In this document: piece by piece, positions 10,473 to 20,534 of the stretch | Layout: every line of letters begins with the position of its first letter | How positions within the stretch are numbered: the stretch's first letter is position 1 | Virus record (IMG/VR): IMGVR_UViG_3300042691_024284 | Location: 759-64,758 of that record | Source of the DNA: a virus | Taxonomy: Duplodnaviria; Caudoviricetes | Length of the DNA stretch: 64,000 bases | Direction: 5' to 3' (one strand) | Position numbers and translations under genes: made by a program | The notes under the pieces: model-generated | Told to the model about the DNA's origin: nothing | What the model saw: the letters and a program-made list of their open reading frames with translations, nothing else | The model's database searches: none

Positions 10473-10883
10473 TTATTGCACTAAAACCCAAGAGGTTGTT
10501 GCTTCATTCCATTCATACATTTTTCCGTCTTCTGGATACGGAACGGGCGCTATAAAGGCGCAGGTAGTCTCATCAAAAATCCACGATGGAAAACCTGTTT
10601 GCGCCCAAGATTCTTTAACTTGATTTTGTTTTTGTGTTTTTTCTTCCGTTGTCATTTGGCGGACACGGTGTACATCTTTCATTTTGTCCGTGTCCCACTC
10701 GTACGTTACACCTTCATAAATCTCATACGGTCCAACCGTAGGTGGTGCAACGCGAATGAACTCAGTGTAACCGTCTGGAAGATTATCCACATCAATAGAT
10801 GGAAATGCTTCTTTAAAATTGTCTTCAAAAATTGGGTGCTGAAAAGCACGCCCGTTTTTTATGCGAATAAACAAACGCATCAT
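10473..10883 (-). CDS. Tail-fibre-associated/assembly protein
   Basis: PFPSW-like motif (GFPSWIFDE..C...APVPYPEDGK.Y.WNE); follows a Gly-rich fibre gene. Confidence 0.6.
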   Translation of the reverse strand: MMRLFIRIKNGRAFQHPIFEDNFKEAFPSIDVDNLPDGYTEFIRVAPPTVGPYEIYEGVTYEWDTDKMKDVHRVRQMTTEEKTQKQNQVKESWAQTGFPSWIFDETTCAFIAPVPYPEDGKMYEWNEATTSWVLVQ

Positions 10884-12145
10884 AGATCCCCAGTATTTGT
10901 TGACGGAAATGCTCTAGTTGTACCCGTTGTACCAGCCCAAATAATACGTACTGCGCCTTGAGAGCCAGTAGATCCAGTGCCGTTGCTTCGGGCATTACCG
11001 CCACCGCCAGCGCCGTAAACACCTGCTGTAGAGCCATTGCCCGATCCTTGCGAGTTACCTGTGGGTGCTCCTACACCACCAGAACCGCCACCACCTGCTG
11101 TAGCGCTTGAACCTCCACTTGGGTCACCAACGCCTCCTGCTCCATTAGATCCTTGCCCAAGAATGCCAACGCCGCCCCCGCAAGCGGCTGTAAGACTATT
11201 ACTTGAATTACCTCCTCCGCCTCCGCCTCCGCCTCCGCTACCAGCAGAACCGTTTCCACCGCCCGAACCAGTTCCACCATTACCACCATTACCAGCATAC
11301 CCGCCAGCACCGCCACCGCCGCCACCATTAACGTTAAAACTTCCAGAGCCTCCGTTGCCTCCGTTGCCGCCACCATCGCCAACGTAACTGCCGCCTGTGC
11401 CTGTGCCTGACCCACCACGCGTACCACCATTACCAGCAACAGTAGCCGCGCTAATAAAAGATGACTGACCGCCAGATGTTGATGGGTTTGTATTTCCAGT
11501 TCCGGCTGCGCCCACAACGACGGTATACGAACTGCCGGGTGTGACAGAGATATTGTTTTTATATCCAAGACCGCCACCGCCGCCACCGACGGCTGTTTCA
11601 CTGTAAATCCCTGCACCGCCAGCACCGCCGCCACCAACACAGACCACCGAAACCAAAGTAACTCCAGCGGGAGCAACCCACGAATAAGTTCCCGCAGTTG
11701 TATAGGCTTGTTGCCCTGCTGCTACCGCAGCTGCTGTAATTGATATAGTTCTACCGTTTACTGTAAAACTAGCTGCACCAACTGCTGTCGGGGTAAAAGT
11801 AATAGTGTTTGTAGTACGAGAAACGCTACCATTGGAAGCAGATAAAGTATAAGTAGCGTAGGAATCAAAATCTGTAATCGTCCAAGTATATGCCACACCT
11901 GGATAATAAGTACCGCCATTATTGTTATCTAGTAAGGTAACAGGTAGCGATGTAAGAGGTAGTGTGCCAGTTACGTTTGTTGCTAAATTTATAGTAGCCC
12001 CTACCAACGTCGGAATAGACACGCCCGAAGCACTTACGGTCATTTTGGTCGAACCGTTTGCTTGCAGCTCGAGCTGGCCGGAGGCGTCCCCGGTCGAGAT
12101 CAAGCCGCCGGAGCCGGTTGAGGTTGCGTTTATGGTTGAAGGCAT
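10880..12145 (-). CDS. Glycine-rich fibre/receptor-binding protein
   Basis: Glycine-rich domain signatures VSVVCVGGGGAGG, YTVVVGAAG and G.V.IIW. Confidence 0.7.
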   Translation of the reverse strand: MPSTINATSTGSGGLISTGDASGQLELQANGSTKMTVSASGVSIPTLVGATINLATNVTGTLPLTSLPVTLLDNNNGGTYYPGVAYTWTITDFDSYATYTLSASNGSVSRTTNTITFTPTAVGAASFTVNGRTISITAAAVAAGQQAYTTAGTYSWVAPAGVTLVSVVCVGGGGAGGAGIYSETAVGGGGGGLGYKNNISVTPGSSYTVVVGAAGTGNTNPSTSGGQSSFISAATVAGNGGTRGGSGTGTGGSYVGDGGGNGGNGGSGSFNVNGGGGGGAGGYAGNGGNGGTGSGGGNGSAGSGGGGGGGGGNSSNSLTAACGGGVGILGQGSNGAGGVGDPSGGSSATAGGGGSGGVGAPTGNSQGSGNGSTAGVYGAGGGGNARSNGTGSTGSQGAVRIIWAGTTGTTRAFPSTNTGDL

Positions 12146-12148
12146 TTC

Positions 12149-12484
12149 TTACTCCATTGTTTCAACAACAACACCATTTGGTATCATTGTTGTGTCGATT
12201 ACATTTCCATCCATGTCGCGCAAAGCATGAATACAAAACGCTACGGTGTTGTCCTCTAAGGCAACCAGCTCGTGCATTTTGTCTTTGTGGATATAGATCA
12301 TGTGAGGCGCTTTAAAAACCGTAACCTGCCCGTCAACTGTAACTTTTAAAGAGCCCGATGCAAGCAAAGTTAAATGGTCAAACTCATGAGTATGACCCTG
12401 CTCGTAGTCACCGGCATGACGGAAAACCATCTGCCGGCTGTAGACGTTAGCGACTGCCCCTAATGCTATCTCTGCTGGCTTCAT
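12149..12484 (-). CDS. Cupin-fold protein
   Basis: GHTHEFDH.TLLASGS...HELVALED..AFCIHA. Confidence 0.75.
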   Translation of the reverse strand: MKPAEIALGAVANVYSRQMVFRHAGDYEQGHTHEFDHLTLLASGSLKVTVDGQVTVFKAPHMIYIHKDKMHELVALEDNTVAFCIHALRDMDGNVIDTTMIPNGVVVETME

Positions 12485-12485
12485 A

Positions 12486-12923
12486 TCAGGTCGTGGTTAC
12501 AGGAATCGTTGAGCTAACTGGGTTTTTCTTAATGTCGATAACCTTGTCAGCCGATGCCTGAGAAATGACATTAGTGGCAACCAAAAAGTCCAAAACCTCT
12601 TTAACCTTGACTTCGGGGTTTTGCCCAGCCATCTCAGCCTTAGCCGTCTTAACTTCAGGCACCGTGTCGTTATCCCACTTGACCTTTTCAGCCAAAGACA
12701 AGCCCAGACGAACATCATCTGCGGTCCACACGGGGGGCTCTGAAGCTAGCGGAGCTGGCGGATTTGGTTTTACCAGCTGACCGTTTACCCAGCCGTCATC
12801 GTTAACCGCATCATCCGGAACTTGGGTGTCATAGAACTTAGCTATATCAGGGTGGTAAATTTTATTCGGGTCGTTATGTGCGACATCCCGAATTTTACCG
12901 TTTTCAATCCATGCCCATTTCAT
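12486..12923 (-). CDS. Fibre-associated hypothetical protein
   Basis: Start MKWAWIENG directly after the fibre gene stop. Confidence 0.6.
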   Translation of the reverse strand: MKWAWIENGKIRDVAHNDPNKIYHPDIAKFYDTQVPDDAVNDDGWVNGQLVKPNPPAPLASEPPVWTADDVRLGLSLAEKVKWDNDTVPEVKTAKAEMAGQNPEVKVKEVLDFLVATNVISQASADKVIDIKKNPVSSTIPVTTT

Positions 12924-12925
12924 AA

Positions 12926-14155
12926 TTAATATCCTTCTGTCCAATAAAGGAGTACGGCTCCGTCGCCGCCTTTGCCGCTATTTATTGATGCTGAACTATC
13001 ACTTCGTTGACCAGCACCGCCGCCACCGCCATTCCCACCGGGTCCCCCGAACGGTGTCGAGCTTGAAACTTGAGCGCCGCCACCGCCACCGCCAAAACCA
13101 CCCGGACCACCAAATGTTTGAGCGTTACTAGTATTAGCGCCGCCGCCACCACCACCAAAACCGCCTGGGCCTCCAAATGCAAAATTGCTGCTGCTTTGTG
13201 CCCCGCCTCCGCCGCCGCCAAAACCACCAGAACCGCCGTTAGAATCAAACGATGTGCTTGGTCCTCCGCCGCCACCACCTCCACACAATGCCCAATACGC
13301 AAGGTAAGGAGATGCAAGACTTAACCCTCCTTGCGTACTAGTTGCTACAGGGACGCTTTGACCGCCGCTAGTTCCCACAAAATTTGTTGTTACTCCGCCT
13401 CCTGGTCCACCACCATTTCGACCATTGCCATCGCTTGCTGATCCACCACCACCGCCCGCACTCGAAGCAGATCCATTTTTTAACCCGCCTCCACCTGAAC
13501 CGCTTGGCCCTTGAGGCCCAAAACCGCCGCTACCACCAAAACCACCCCCACCCGTTCCGTTTTGGCTAGTTGAAGTAGATCCTGCGGGTCCGCCATTTCC
13601 CCCATTACCATAAATAGACCCCGCTCCTCCGCCGCCAGTACCTCTGATATCTGAACCAGAGCTGCTTGAATACCCACCGTAACCGCCAGTAGCGGTATAG
13701 GCTTGCCGAAGCCCTCCAGATGCTGTGCCTGTACCGGGACTTCCGGGTGAAGTACTGTTAGTTATTGACCCACCGCCGCCGCCGGTAGAAGTTAAGAGAG
13801 TGCCAAATGATGATGTTCCGCCAGAAGCTCCAGAAGATTGAGTGCTAACTCGTGCTGCTCCTCCAGCGCCAACAGTAATTGTCGGCAACACCTGCCCTGG
13901 AACTACATCAATAATGCCTTGAGCGTAACCACCGCCATCACCCCCGCGAGCATATTGACCAGAATAACTACTACCAGCACCGCCAGATCCACCAGCACCC
14001 CAAACGCAAACCATAATTTGATACACGTTTGCTGGAACAACAAAGTCGTTATACGTACCCGCAATAACATACGGGCGGCAATTAGTCCAAGCAGCAGGCG
14101 CTACACGGGTTGCATAGTTAGGCGGCAACCCAAAGCCGTACATTCCCTTGTTCAT
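12926..14155 (-). CDS. Glycine-rich fibre protein
   Basis: VWGAGGSGG, ITVGAGG, repeated GGFGGGGGG, C-terminal GGDGAVLLYW. Confidence 0.7.
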   Translation of the reverse strand: MNKGMYGFGLPPNYATRVAPAAWTNCRPYVIAGTYNDFVVPANVYQIMVCVWGAGGSGGAGSSYSGQYARGGDGGGYAQGIIDVVPGQVLPTITVGAGGAARVSTQSSGASGGTSSFGTLLTSTGGGGGSITNSTSPGSPGTGTASGGLRQAYTATGGYGGYSSSSGSDIRGTGGGGAGSIYGNGGNGGPAGSTSTSQNGTGGGGFGGSGGFGPQGPSGSGGGGLKNGSASSAGGGGGSASDGNGRNGGGPGGGVTTNFVGTSGGQSVPVATSTQGGLSLASPYLAYWALCGGGGGGGPSTSFDSNGGSGGFGGGGGGAQSSSNFAFGGPGGFGGGGGGANTSNAQTFGGPGGFGGGGGGAQVSSSTPFGGPGGNGGGGGAGQRSDSSASINSGKGGDGAVLLYWTEGY

Positions 14156-14556
14156 TAGAAGTCACCTCCGTAAGCAATTACACGAATGCCAGTCTGCGTT
14201 ACAGACACAGTCGCACGAAGCGAGTATCCGGTCGGAATCGTCAGCGGCATGATGTTGGCGTTGCCGTTACTAGATAAAGCCGCGGTAAATGCCGGTGCTG
14301 TCGTGCTTGAGGTAACCGCAATTACCGGAACCTGTTGCCACAAAAAGTAGTTTGTGCCATCGAAGATAAACAGGTTTACGATACACGCGGTTGTTGTGGC
14401 TACACCCTGGATGTCAATGTAGTCGATCCGCGAGCCGCTCGAACCCGCCGTAAATACCGTACCAACCGTCGTAGGCGCGGTCAGCGAGGTGTCCGCTGTC
14501 GTTAAAAGCGCAGATCCAACCTTTGGGGTGGCTGCGTACTGTGCAGAAGTTGCCAT
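14155..14556 (-). CDS. Fibre-module structural protein
   Basis: 133 aa beta-rich, translationally coupled. Confidence 0.6.
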   Translation of the reverse strand: MATSAQYAATPKVGSALLTTADTSLTAPTTVGTVFTAGSSGSRIDYIDIQGVATTTACIVNLFIFDGTNYFLWQQVPVIAVTSSTTAPAFTAALSSNGNANIMPLTIPTGYSLRATVSVTQTGIRVIAYGGDF

Positions 14557-14566
14557 TTAAATCTCC

Positions 14567-14881
14567 TTAAATTAGGGCAAATGAATCGTTGACTGTTCCG
14601 GGAGACACATTTGCCCCGGTCGCTTGTGTTACAAAACCTTGTGCGCCGCCTACTATTGAAACGAAGCTCAGAGCTCCGCTACCGTTGGTCTGTAAAACCT
14701 GTCCTGTCGTACCGTCCGCTGATGGCAGCGTAAAGGTGACATTTGAGGCTACGCTTGCAGGGGCCTGCAGCTCTACATAATTAGTACCGTTGTCGGTATC
14801 CTCACCAAGACGCAAGCGCCCCTGGGTGGTTGATGTTCCCTCTGCGGTAAAAATTCCATCGCCGTTAATGATTGCTGGCAT
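14567..14881 (-). CDS. Fibre adaptor protein
   Basis: EDTDNGTNYV.LQAP and TLPSADGT.GQVL.TNGSG.LSF fibre motifs. Confidence 0.65.
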   Translation of the reverse strand: MPAIINGDGIFTAEGTSTTQGRLRLGEDTDNGTNYVELQAPASVASNVTFTLPSADGTTGQVLQTNGSGALSFVSIVGGAQGFVTQATGANVSPGTVNDSFALI

Positions 14882-14894
14882 GATTTACTCCGGT

Positions 14895-15257
14895 TTAATG
14901 TTCTATAAGCATTGGAAATCTAGCCAATAATTCTTTGGCTTGTTCTTCCGTAATATCTTGCGATGCAACATCTTCTACTGCTTCACCTTCACGAACCGCA
15001 TGTACACAGCATAAAACAGTGTCTGGTTGTGTCGCAATAAACTGATGGCGCACTAATTTTGGCACTATGATTAAGCACGGAGCCGTATGCTCTTGGACTC
15101 CGTCGTTAAACTCAATTCTAACGCTACCCCGGGATAGCACAGAAATATGGTTAAAGCGATGAACGTGACCGTTGTGCGTATCGCCAGCGGCTTGAAAGTG
15201 CATCATCCGAACAGCCACATTATCTGCAACGTCTATGTATGTAATTGGTTCTGCCAT
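14895..15257 (-). CDS. Cupin-fold protein (paralog of 12149-12484)
   Basis: GHVHRFNH.SVLSRGS...HQF.A...CCVHA. Confidence 0.75.
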   Translation of the reverse strand: MAEPITYIDVADNVAVRMMHFQAAGDTHNGHVHRFNHISVLSRGSVRIEFNDGVQEHTAPCLIIVPKLVRHQFIATQPDTVLCCVHAVREGEAVEDVASQDITEEQAKELLARFPMLIEH

Positions 15258-15264
15258 GATGTAC

Positions 15265-16635
15265 CTATATTGAAATTGGGTTAAGCGGTTTATTAAACGT
15301 ACCAGTAGTAGGCGAAACTGACCCGGTTCCCATACTTGTAGAGTATGTAGATAAACTCATAGCAGAAGCCGATGGCGAGTACGTGCCAGTATTTACGTTA
15401 GTGCTTCCGTATGTAAAACGTCGATCTGCACTTGCGTAGTTATATGCGCCTGTTTTTGTTCCGTCAGCAGGTAAATTTAAATATCCGCCATAAGATGCAC
15501 TAGGATTAACAAGTGCAGTAATCATTCCTGTAGAAGATGGCGATACAAGGCTAGTTCCACTACCTAAAGAAGAACCACCTGATATTGTTGTTACGGCAAT
15601 CTGCCTAGTAAAAACAGTAGATCCGTTTGTGTCTAATTTAACGATAAAGTTTCGGCTTGAGCTGGAAGATGAAATACCAAAATTTGTTGATGCAGCCATA
15701 TAAGAAGCGCCGGTTGAATCAACCGCTATATTGTATGGTCTAGTTTGTAAAGTTGTACCACCAGATGAGGATGGGCTTATATTCCTAATCCATTGGTGTG
15801 CCCCAGACGAATTTAATTTTCCAACTCGTGCGTACTGTTCTCCCCCGCTTATAAATTGAGCTGTCCAATACAAATTATTAGATGAATCAGTAACTAACCC
15901 ATTAACTGTGTCTCTAGCATCCATGCCAGACATAAAGTTTTGCCATATGGGAGAGCTTAAATTTGATCCAACTTGCATCCACATGCCATTTAAACTGCTA
16001 CCACGAGCGCCAAAAATATATAAACCACCACTTGCTGCTGGCGCACAGCCTATCGCCTCTAATGTATTGCCGCCATCAATGTAGTTTTGTGTGCTGTTAA
16101 TATTTCCGTTGGCGTCATAACTTCGAACCCACAACAACCCACCAACGCCCGGTTCGCTTTGATTGCCTACTATAAAGATGTTGCCGCTAGAAACAGCAAC
16201 CCCATCCCAACTAAAAGAACTACTACCGCTTATTTGCCTTGCCCAAGAAACAGACCCATCAGCAGCAGAAATTTTTATTAGTACTGCAACTTTATCGCTA
16301 GATCTCCCAGCTAACATATAAACAAACGAAGGAGATGATGTGTTATCTAACGTAATAATTGGTACGTTAAATACATTACTACCCGTTCCATAAAATCTTC
16401 CCCAAAGCAAAACTCCCGCCGCGCTGTATTTTTGAATAAAACAACGGTAATACCCGTAAGTAAAATCAAAGTTGTAATCGCCAGCGATGTAAATATTTCC
16501 AGAACCATCTACCTGAATACTTCTAATAGTCTCAAAAGTATTTGGGCTAGAAAAACCTAGCCAATAAGGAGAGGATGTGGCTCCAAAACCAAATCCACTT
16601 GCGCTAGCAACCCCTCTGGTTCCAATCAATGGCAT
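15265..16635 (-). CDS. Beta-propeller putative receptor-binding protein
   Basis: Repeated VD.SGN.Y..G / .K...G...W.R units. Confidence 0.65.
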   Translation of the reverse strand: MPLIGTRGVASASGFGFGATSSPYWLGFSSPNTFETIRSIQVDGSGNIYIAGDYNFDFTYGYYRCFIQKYSAAGVLLWGRFYGTGSNVFNVPIITLDNTSSPSFVYMLAGRSSDKVAVLIKISAADGSVSWARQISGSSSFSWDGVAVSSGNIFIVGNQSEPGVGGLLWVRSYDANGNINSTQNYIDGGNTLEAIGCAPAASGGLYIFGARGSSLNGMWMQVGSNLSSPIWQNFMSGMDARDTVNGLVTDSSNNLYWTAQFISGGEQYARVGKLNSSGAHQWIRNISPSSSGGTTLQTRPYNIAVDSTGASYMAASTNFGISSSSSSRNFIVKLDTNGSTVFTRQIAVTTISGGSSLGSGTSLVSPSSTGMITALVNPSASYGGYLNLPADGTKTGAYNYASADRRFTYGSTNVNTGTYSPSASAMSLSTYSTSMGTGSVSPTTGTFNKPLNPISI

Positions 16636-16650
16636 TATTAGTCTCTTTAT

Positions 16651-17517
16651 TTAAGCAAACTTGGTTTGTGCTGCAAATACAGTAAACGCAGCATTACCAG
16701 TTTTAATAATAGTGTAGACGTAAACATCAATGCTGTTTGTATTACCAGAAGTCCAAGCAGTACCGCCTTGGTATTTAGGCGTTATAGAATTGCCGTCAAC
16801 TTGTACAGCGCTATTGTAATAAGCGGTGCTACCCTGCGTAACTAAAAACGCTACAGTCACACTTTGTCCGGTAGCCATTGCTGTATTTAAACTAGTACCA
16901 CTAGAAGCACGAAAATTTACCGTCCAGTTAGCTGAAGCATTAGAGGTGTAATACAACACAGATTGTGTTGTTACATCATAGTTAATTGTGCCGGTAGCAG
17001 CCGTGGCCGAAACAGTGGCAACTTCCGCTGCATCGTTGAGCACAACGGCCAATGTACTAGAAGAACCACTAAAAGTTTGCGTAGCTGTAAATGTTTGTGC
17101 AGTCCCAAGCACAGCAACTGTATCAGTGACATTTGGAAGTGTTAAGGTTGTATTTGACGATAAAGTTGTTGGTACTACTGTAACTGCGTAGGAACTTGTG
17201 CCTCCCGCTCTTCCCGCAATAACAACAGCATCTTGAGTTGACGCGGCTTCTGATCTAACAGCATTTGCAGCCCTAAATGTTTGTGCTGCAGTAAATGTAT
17301 TTGCAGAGCTAGTAGATGGAATGCCTGCGCCGGATAACGTTGTTGCCCCCGTTCCTCCAGAGCCGACGGGCAGCGGTTGAGCGAGCGTAACTACTTGGTT
17401 GGTGCCAATTGTAACGGCCGTCGTTGTGCCGTTAGTTTGTAACACTAACTGGCCAGTCGTATCTCCACTATTAACTAACGCGGTGCCGGATGTGGTTCCT
17501 GCTGCAATCGTACTCAT
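16651..17517 (-). CDS. Fibre shaft/adaptor protein
   Basis: LPV.SGGTGAT and TFTAAQTF repeats; conserved-looking C-terminal domain. Confidence 0.65.
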   Translation of the reverse strand: MSTIAAGTTSGTALVNSGDTTGQLVLQTNGTTTAVTIGTNQVVTLAQPLPVGSGGTGATTLSGAGIPSTSSANTFTAAQTFRAANAVRSEAASTQDAVVIAGRAGGTSSYAVTVVPTTLSSNTTLTLPNVTDTVAVLGTAQTFTATQTFSGSSSTLAVVLNDAAEVATVSATAATGTINYDVTTQSVLYYTSNASANWTVNFRASSGTSLNTAMATGQSVTVAFLVTQGSTAYYNSAVQVDGNSITPKYQGGTAWTSGNTNSIDVYVYTIIKTGNAAFTVFAAQTKFA

Positions 17518-17526
17518 CTTTGCTCC

Positions 17527-17850
17527 TTAAATCACGACCCAGCGTTGGCCGGAAGAAACTATTACTGTTATTCCAGAAGCCACAGTTATTGGGCCCACAG
17601 AAAACCCATTCGTGCCAGAAGGAAACGTGTAGCTCTCGGTCGCGGTTGTTGTGTTAACAACGATTGCGCCGCCGGCTTTATTTCCACTTCCGCCAATTGC
17701 AACAACGTTGCCGCCACTGTCTTTTGTATAAAGTAATTTATCAGTAACGTTGACCGCAAGCTCACCCACCAGCAAATTTGCAGCAGACGGTTGCGCTCCA
17801 GCTGTTGTGGAGTGATAAGTTTGTATTGGGGTATAGCCTGCCTGTGCCAT
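17527..17850 (-). CDS. Small fibre-hub protein
   Basis: GELAVN.TD..LY.KD..G and SVGPITVASG..V....G..W motifs. Confidence 0.6.
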   Translation of the reverse strand: MAQAGYTPIQTYHSTTAGAQPSAANLLVGELAVNVTDKLLYTKDSGGNVVAIGGSGNKAGGAIVVNTTTATESYTFPSGTNGFSVGPITVASGITVIVSSGQRWVVI

Positions 17851-17852
17851 TT

Positions 17853-18290
17853 CTATTCCTTGTTTATATGCTGCAAAACTTCTTCCGGCCCAACAAATCT
17901 ATCCTCGCTGTGCTCGGTATGCTCCCACCAAAGAAATTGGTTTGCTGCCAAATGTTTTCTATCTTTTAACAAATTTATATTTTCCGGGTGTCCAAATATT
18001 AACGGGTCGGACACACCCCACACTACTACCCCCGGTTTACCTTCATCCCAAGCTAGGTGCTGAAAAAAGCTGTCACATGACACCCACGTCCTACACTGCC
18101 TAATTAGCTTTCTGAGCTCAACAAGCGGCAGGTTTTTTCTAAAATCATCAACGAGCTGCGTCTCGCCTTCCACACCCACCTGCACGATTGGGTCTTTAAT
18201 ACCGGCAATCACTTGCTCCCAAAAAGGATAATCTTTTGGGTTGCGCTTGCCGTTTAATAACTTTTTGGCAAAAGGCGCTATGATTACCAT
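17853..18290 (-). CDS. GT9-like glycosyltransferase, C-terminal Rossmann domain
   Basis: KDYPFW, IVQVG and DSFFQHLA..GKPGVVVWG motifs; likely start 18290 overlapping the upstream stop. Confidence 0.7.
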   Translation of the reverse strand: MVIIAPFAKKLLNGKRNPKDYPFWEQVIAGIKDPIVQVGVEGETQLVDDFRKNLPLVELRKLIRQCRTWVSCDSFFQHLAWDEGKPGVVVWGVSDPLIFGHPENINLLKDRKHLAANQFLWWEHTEHSEDRFVGPEEVLQHINKE

Positions 18291-19264
18291 ACGTACAGCT
18301 TTCGGTAGGCGTCTTCCAAACTGCCCGTCCACTTCCACTGATCCATTTTACCGTACACATTAAACGGCTCAATGTTTCCAAACAAACTCTGGGCTTCAGC
18401 AATCGACCTACAAGGCACAATTTCCGGGTAACACCCAAACACCAGCGGATTTTTAATGTCCGGCAAAACGTGGGAAAACACAATGTGGTCTCCCATACCG
18501 CTATTTAGCACGACAATCGTCTTGTCTTTGTGCTTCAGGAAGTTCCTGAAGATCCGTTCGTCGTGCTCAAACATCTCCTGCTTAGCCCCCGTCCTGATGC
18601 CTCCGGTCGGGCTTTTTAGGTGCCATGTTGTCGCGTCTGGCACCACCAGCAATTTATAGCCCCGCTGGTGCAGGCCCCAGGTAAACAGCGTCTCCTCTCG
18701 GTGTGCTACCCGGCTCAAACCCAGGTTAAAGTCGTGCACCCCAGCTCGGTACAAAAAGGTGCTGTAAAGGTGCTCGACTTGCCTTACTTCCTTGACTCTT
18801 GACCACTGCAAATTGGGCTCGGCCAAAACGTCTTTTATAAGCCCTGTAGAGCCCTCAGAGCCGCTCGTTGACGGGGGATTAAGTACTGCCCCAGCCACAG
18901 CTCCGACGCCCTCTACGGCGTGTTTTAATAGGTTCTCGAGCACGTTTGGCTCGGGTACTGCGTCATCATCGCACCGCCAGACCCAATCCAAGCCCATGCG
19001 GTTCGCGTGCTGGTGAATGTGGTGCTGTCCCCTTTTCTCAGCGAACAGCCACTCCCAGGCAATTTTCTTCTCATTCAGCATCCAGAAGAGCTGCTGGTAC
19101 AGCGGCTCCTGTCGCACATCCGCCGGCTCGTCGGTGTCATCAAATATGACTAATCGGTCGACCGGGCGCGTCTGGTTAGCAATTGCCTGGATTACCAGCG
19201 GCAGCGTCGTAAAGTACCTGCCCCTCGTGGGCAACGAACACAGTACGCTAGGCATTCCACTCAC
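18284..19264 (-). CDS. GT2 (GT-A) glycosyltransferase with C-terminal GT9-like N-domain
   Basis: LVIFDD, WVWRCDDD, HREET and C-terminal NSGMGDH motifs. Confidence 0.8.
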   Translation of the reverse strand: MSGMPSVLCSLPTRGRYFTTLPLVIQAIANQTRPVDRLVIFDDTDEPADVRQEPLYQQLFWMLNEKKIAWEWLFAEKRGQHHIHQHANRMGLDWVWRCDDDAVPEPNVLENLLKHAVEGVGAVAGAVLNPPSTSGSEGSTGLIKDVLAEPNLQWSRVKEVRQVEHLYSTFLYRAGVHDFNLGLSRVAHREETLFTWGLHQRGYKLLVVPDATTWHLKSPTGGIRTGAKQEMFEHDERIFRNFLKHKDKTIVVLNSGMGDHIVFSHVLPDIKNPLVFGCYPEIVPCRSIAEAQSLFGNIEPFNVYGKMDQWKWTGSLEDAYRKLYVW

Positions 19265-20507
19265 ACAACATCAAATTCATGCCGGGAAAAGGCGCGTCGG
19301 AAATTTTTCCGTCTTCTCCCATAAACCTATACAAAAATCCGGGTAAATGTTCCTCGCCCAGCATGTGGAGCCTGTGGTGCTCGCCCCAAAAACCTGGCGT
19401 CTCCCGATAAGGCACCGTGATAAGGAGCCGCTTGCAGTGGCCTTTTAATCTCTGCGCCACCTCCAGCCCATTATCAAGGTGCTCGATCACCTCCATGGCC
19501 ACAATCGTGTCGTACTGGCCTAGCTCAAAGGTGTTGATGTCGGCATGGACAAATTGCTTGTTTTTGCCCCAGCCTTCTTCCTGCGCCACGACGACAATCT
19601 TTTCGTCGTAATCCAAACCCAGGTAATTGACCTCGTCACCAAAAAACTGGCTTCCGTACCCGTTTGAGCAGCCAACCTCAAACACACTACTGCCAAGCAT
19701 TTTGCTTGAGGCCCACAAATACCGGCTTTTCTCGCGCGGCTGAACCTCTTCGCCTTTTATCGCCACGTAGCGCTCAAAGTTATTCATGAGCGACCACTTG
19801 TAAAACTTCGGGTTGTACTTCCTAGCAAGCTTGCGGTTGTTTCTGGCAAACACACTGCCAAAGTCTTGCACAAGCTGCGGGTCGTGCATTGTTCCTTCAC
19901 CCTTGTGGTAGATCGGGAACGCCCCGCTGTACATCGTGGCCGACACCAAGTGTTTTGGTGCTGGCTCTACAACTTTAAACCCCGCGTTTTGCGCCTCGAC
20001 GCAAAACTCTACATCCTCGCCCGTCCCAACGCCATACTCTTCGTTTAGCAGGCCAATCCTGTCAAACACGCGCCTGTCAATCATGGCGCAGAAAAACACG
20101 CAGAAGTCTCTGCCGGCGTCCGCCGAGTGCTGCACCACGGGCCCCACCACGCCAACACTTGGGTCGGCAAGAAACGGAGCCTCGAGCATCTGTAGCCACT
20201 GATCTTTGGCCTGATCAAGTAGCAGGGTGTCATTGTTCAGCAGAACAATCTTACCCGCCGATGCCCGCTCGATGCCGCGGTTGGTTGCTGCGGGGTAGCC
20301 TAACGCCTTGGCGTCCCACTCAACCTTTAGGTGCGGCACCACGGACCACAGGTAGCCTAGATAGGCAAACGTGTTATCCGTACATCCATTGGCCGAGATA
20401 ATTAACTCGACCTCTTCCATATTTGAATACTTTATTACCGACTCAACACAAGGTTTTAAATACTTCTCACAATGGTTGTACGTCGGTATTACGACGCTGT
20501 ACTTCAT
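19248..20507 (-). CDS. GT2 glycosyltransferase fused to a SAM-dependent methyltransferase
   Basis: SVVIPTYN, LLNND and GEDVEF; then VFEVGCSNGYG and YDTIVAMEVIEHL. Confidence 0.88.
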   Translation of the reverse strand: MKYSVVIPTYNHCEKYLKPCVESVIKYSNMEEVELIISANGCTDNTFAYLGYLWSVVPHLKVEWDAKALGYPAATNRGIERASAGKIVLLNNDTLLLDQAKDQWLQMLEAPFLADPSVGVVGPVVQHSADAGRDFCVFFCAMIDRRVFDRIGLLNEEYGVGTGEDVEFCVEAQNAGFKVVEPAPKHLVSATMYSGAFPIYHKGEGTMHDPQLVQDFGSVFARNNRKLARKYNPKFYKWSLMNNFERYVAIKGEEVQPREKSRYLWASSKMLGSSVFEVGCSNGYGSQFFGDEVNYLGLDYDEKIVVVAQEEGWGKNKQFVHADINTFELGQYDTIVAMEVIEHLDNGLEVAQRLKGHCKRLLITVPYRETPGFWGEHHRLHMLGEEHLPGFLYRFMGEDGKISDAPFPGMNLMLCEWNA

Positions 20508-20534
20508 ACATTCCCTTCAAGGCTCTTACGAACC

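Noticed and set aside
11037-11387. Pro-rich plus-strand ORF
   Set aside because: Antisense shadow of Gly codons in the fibre gene.
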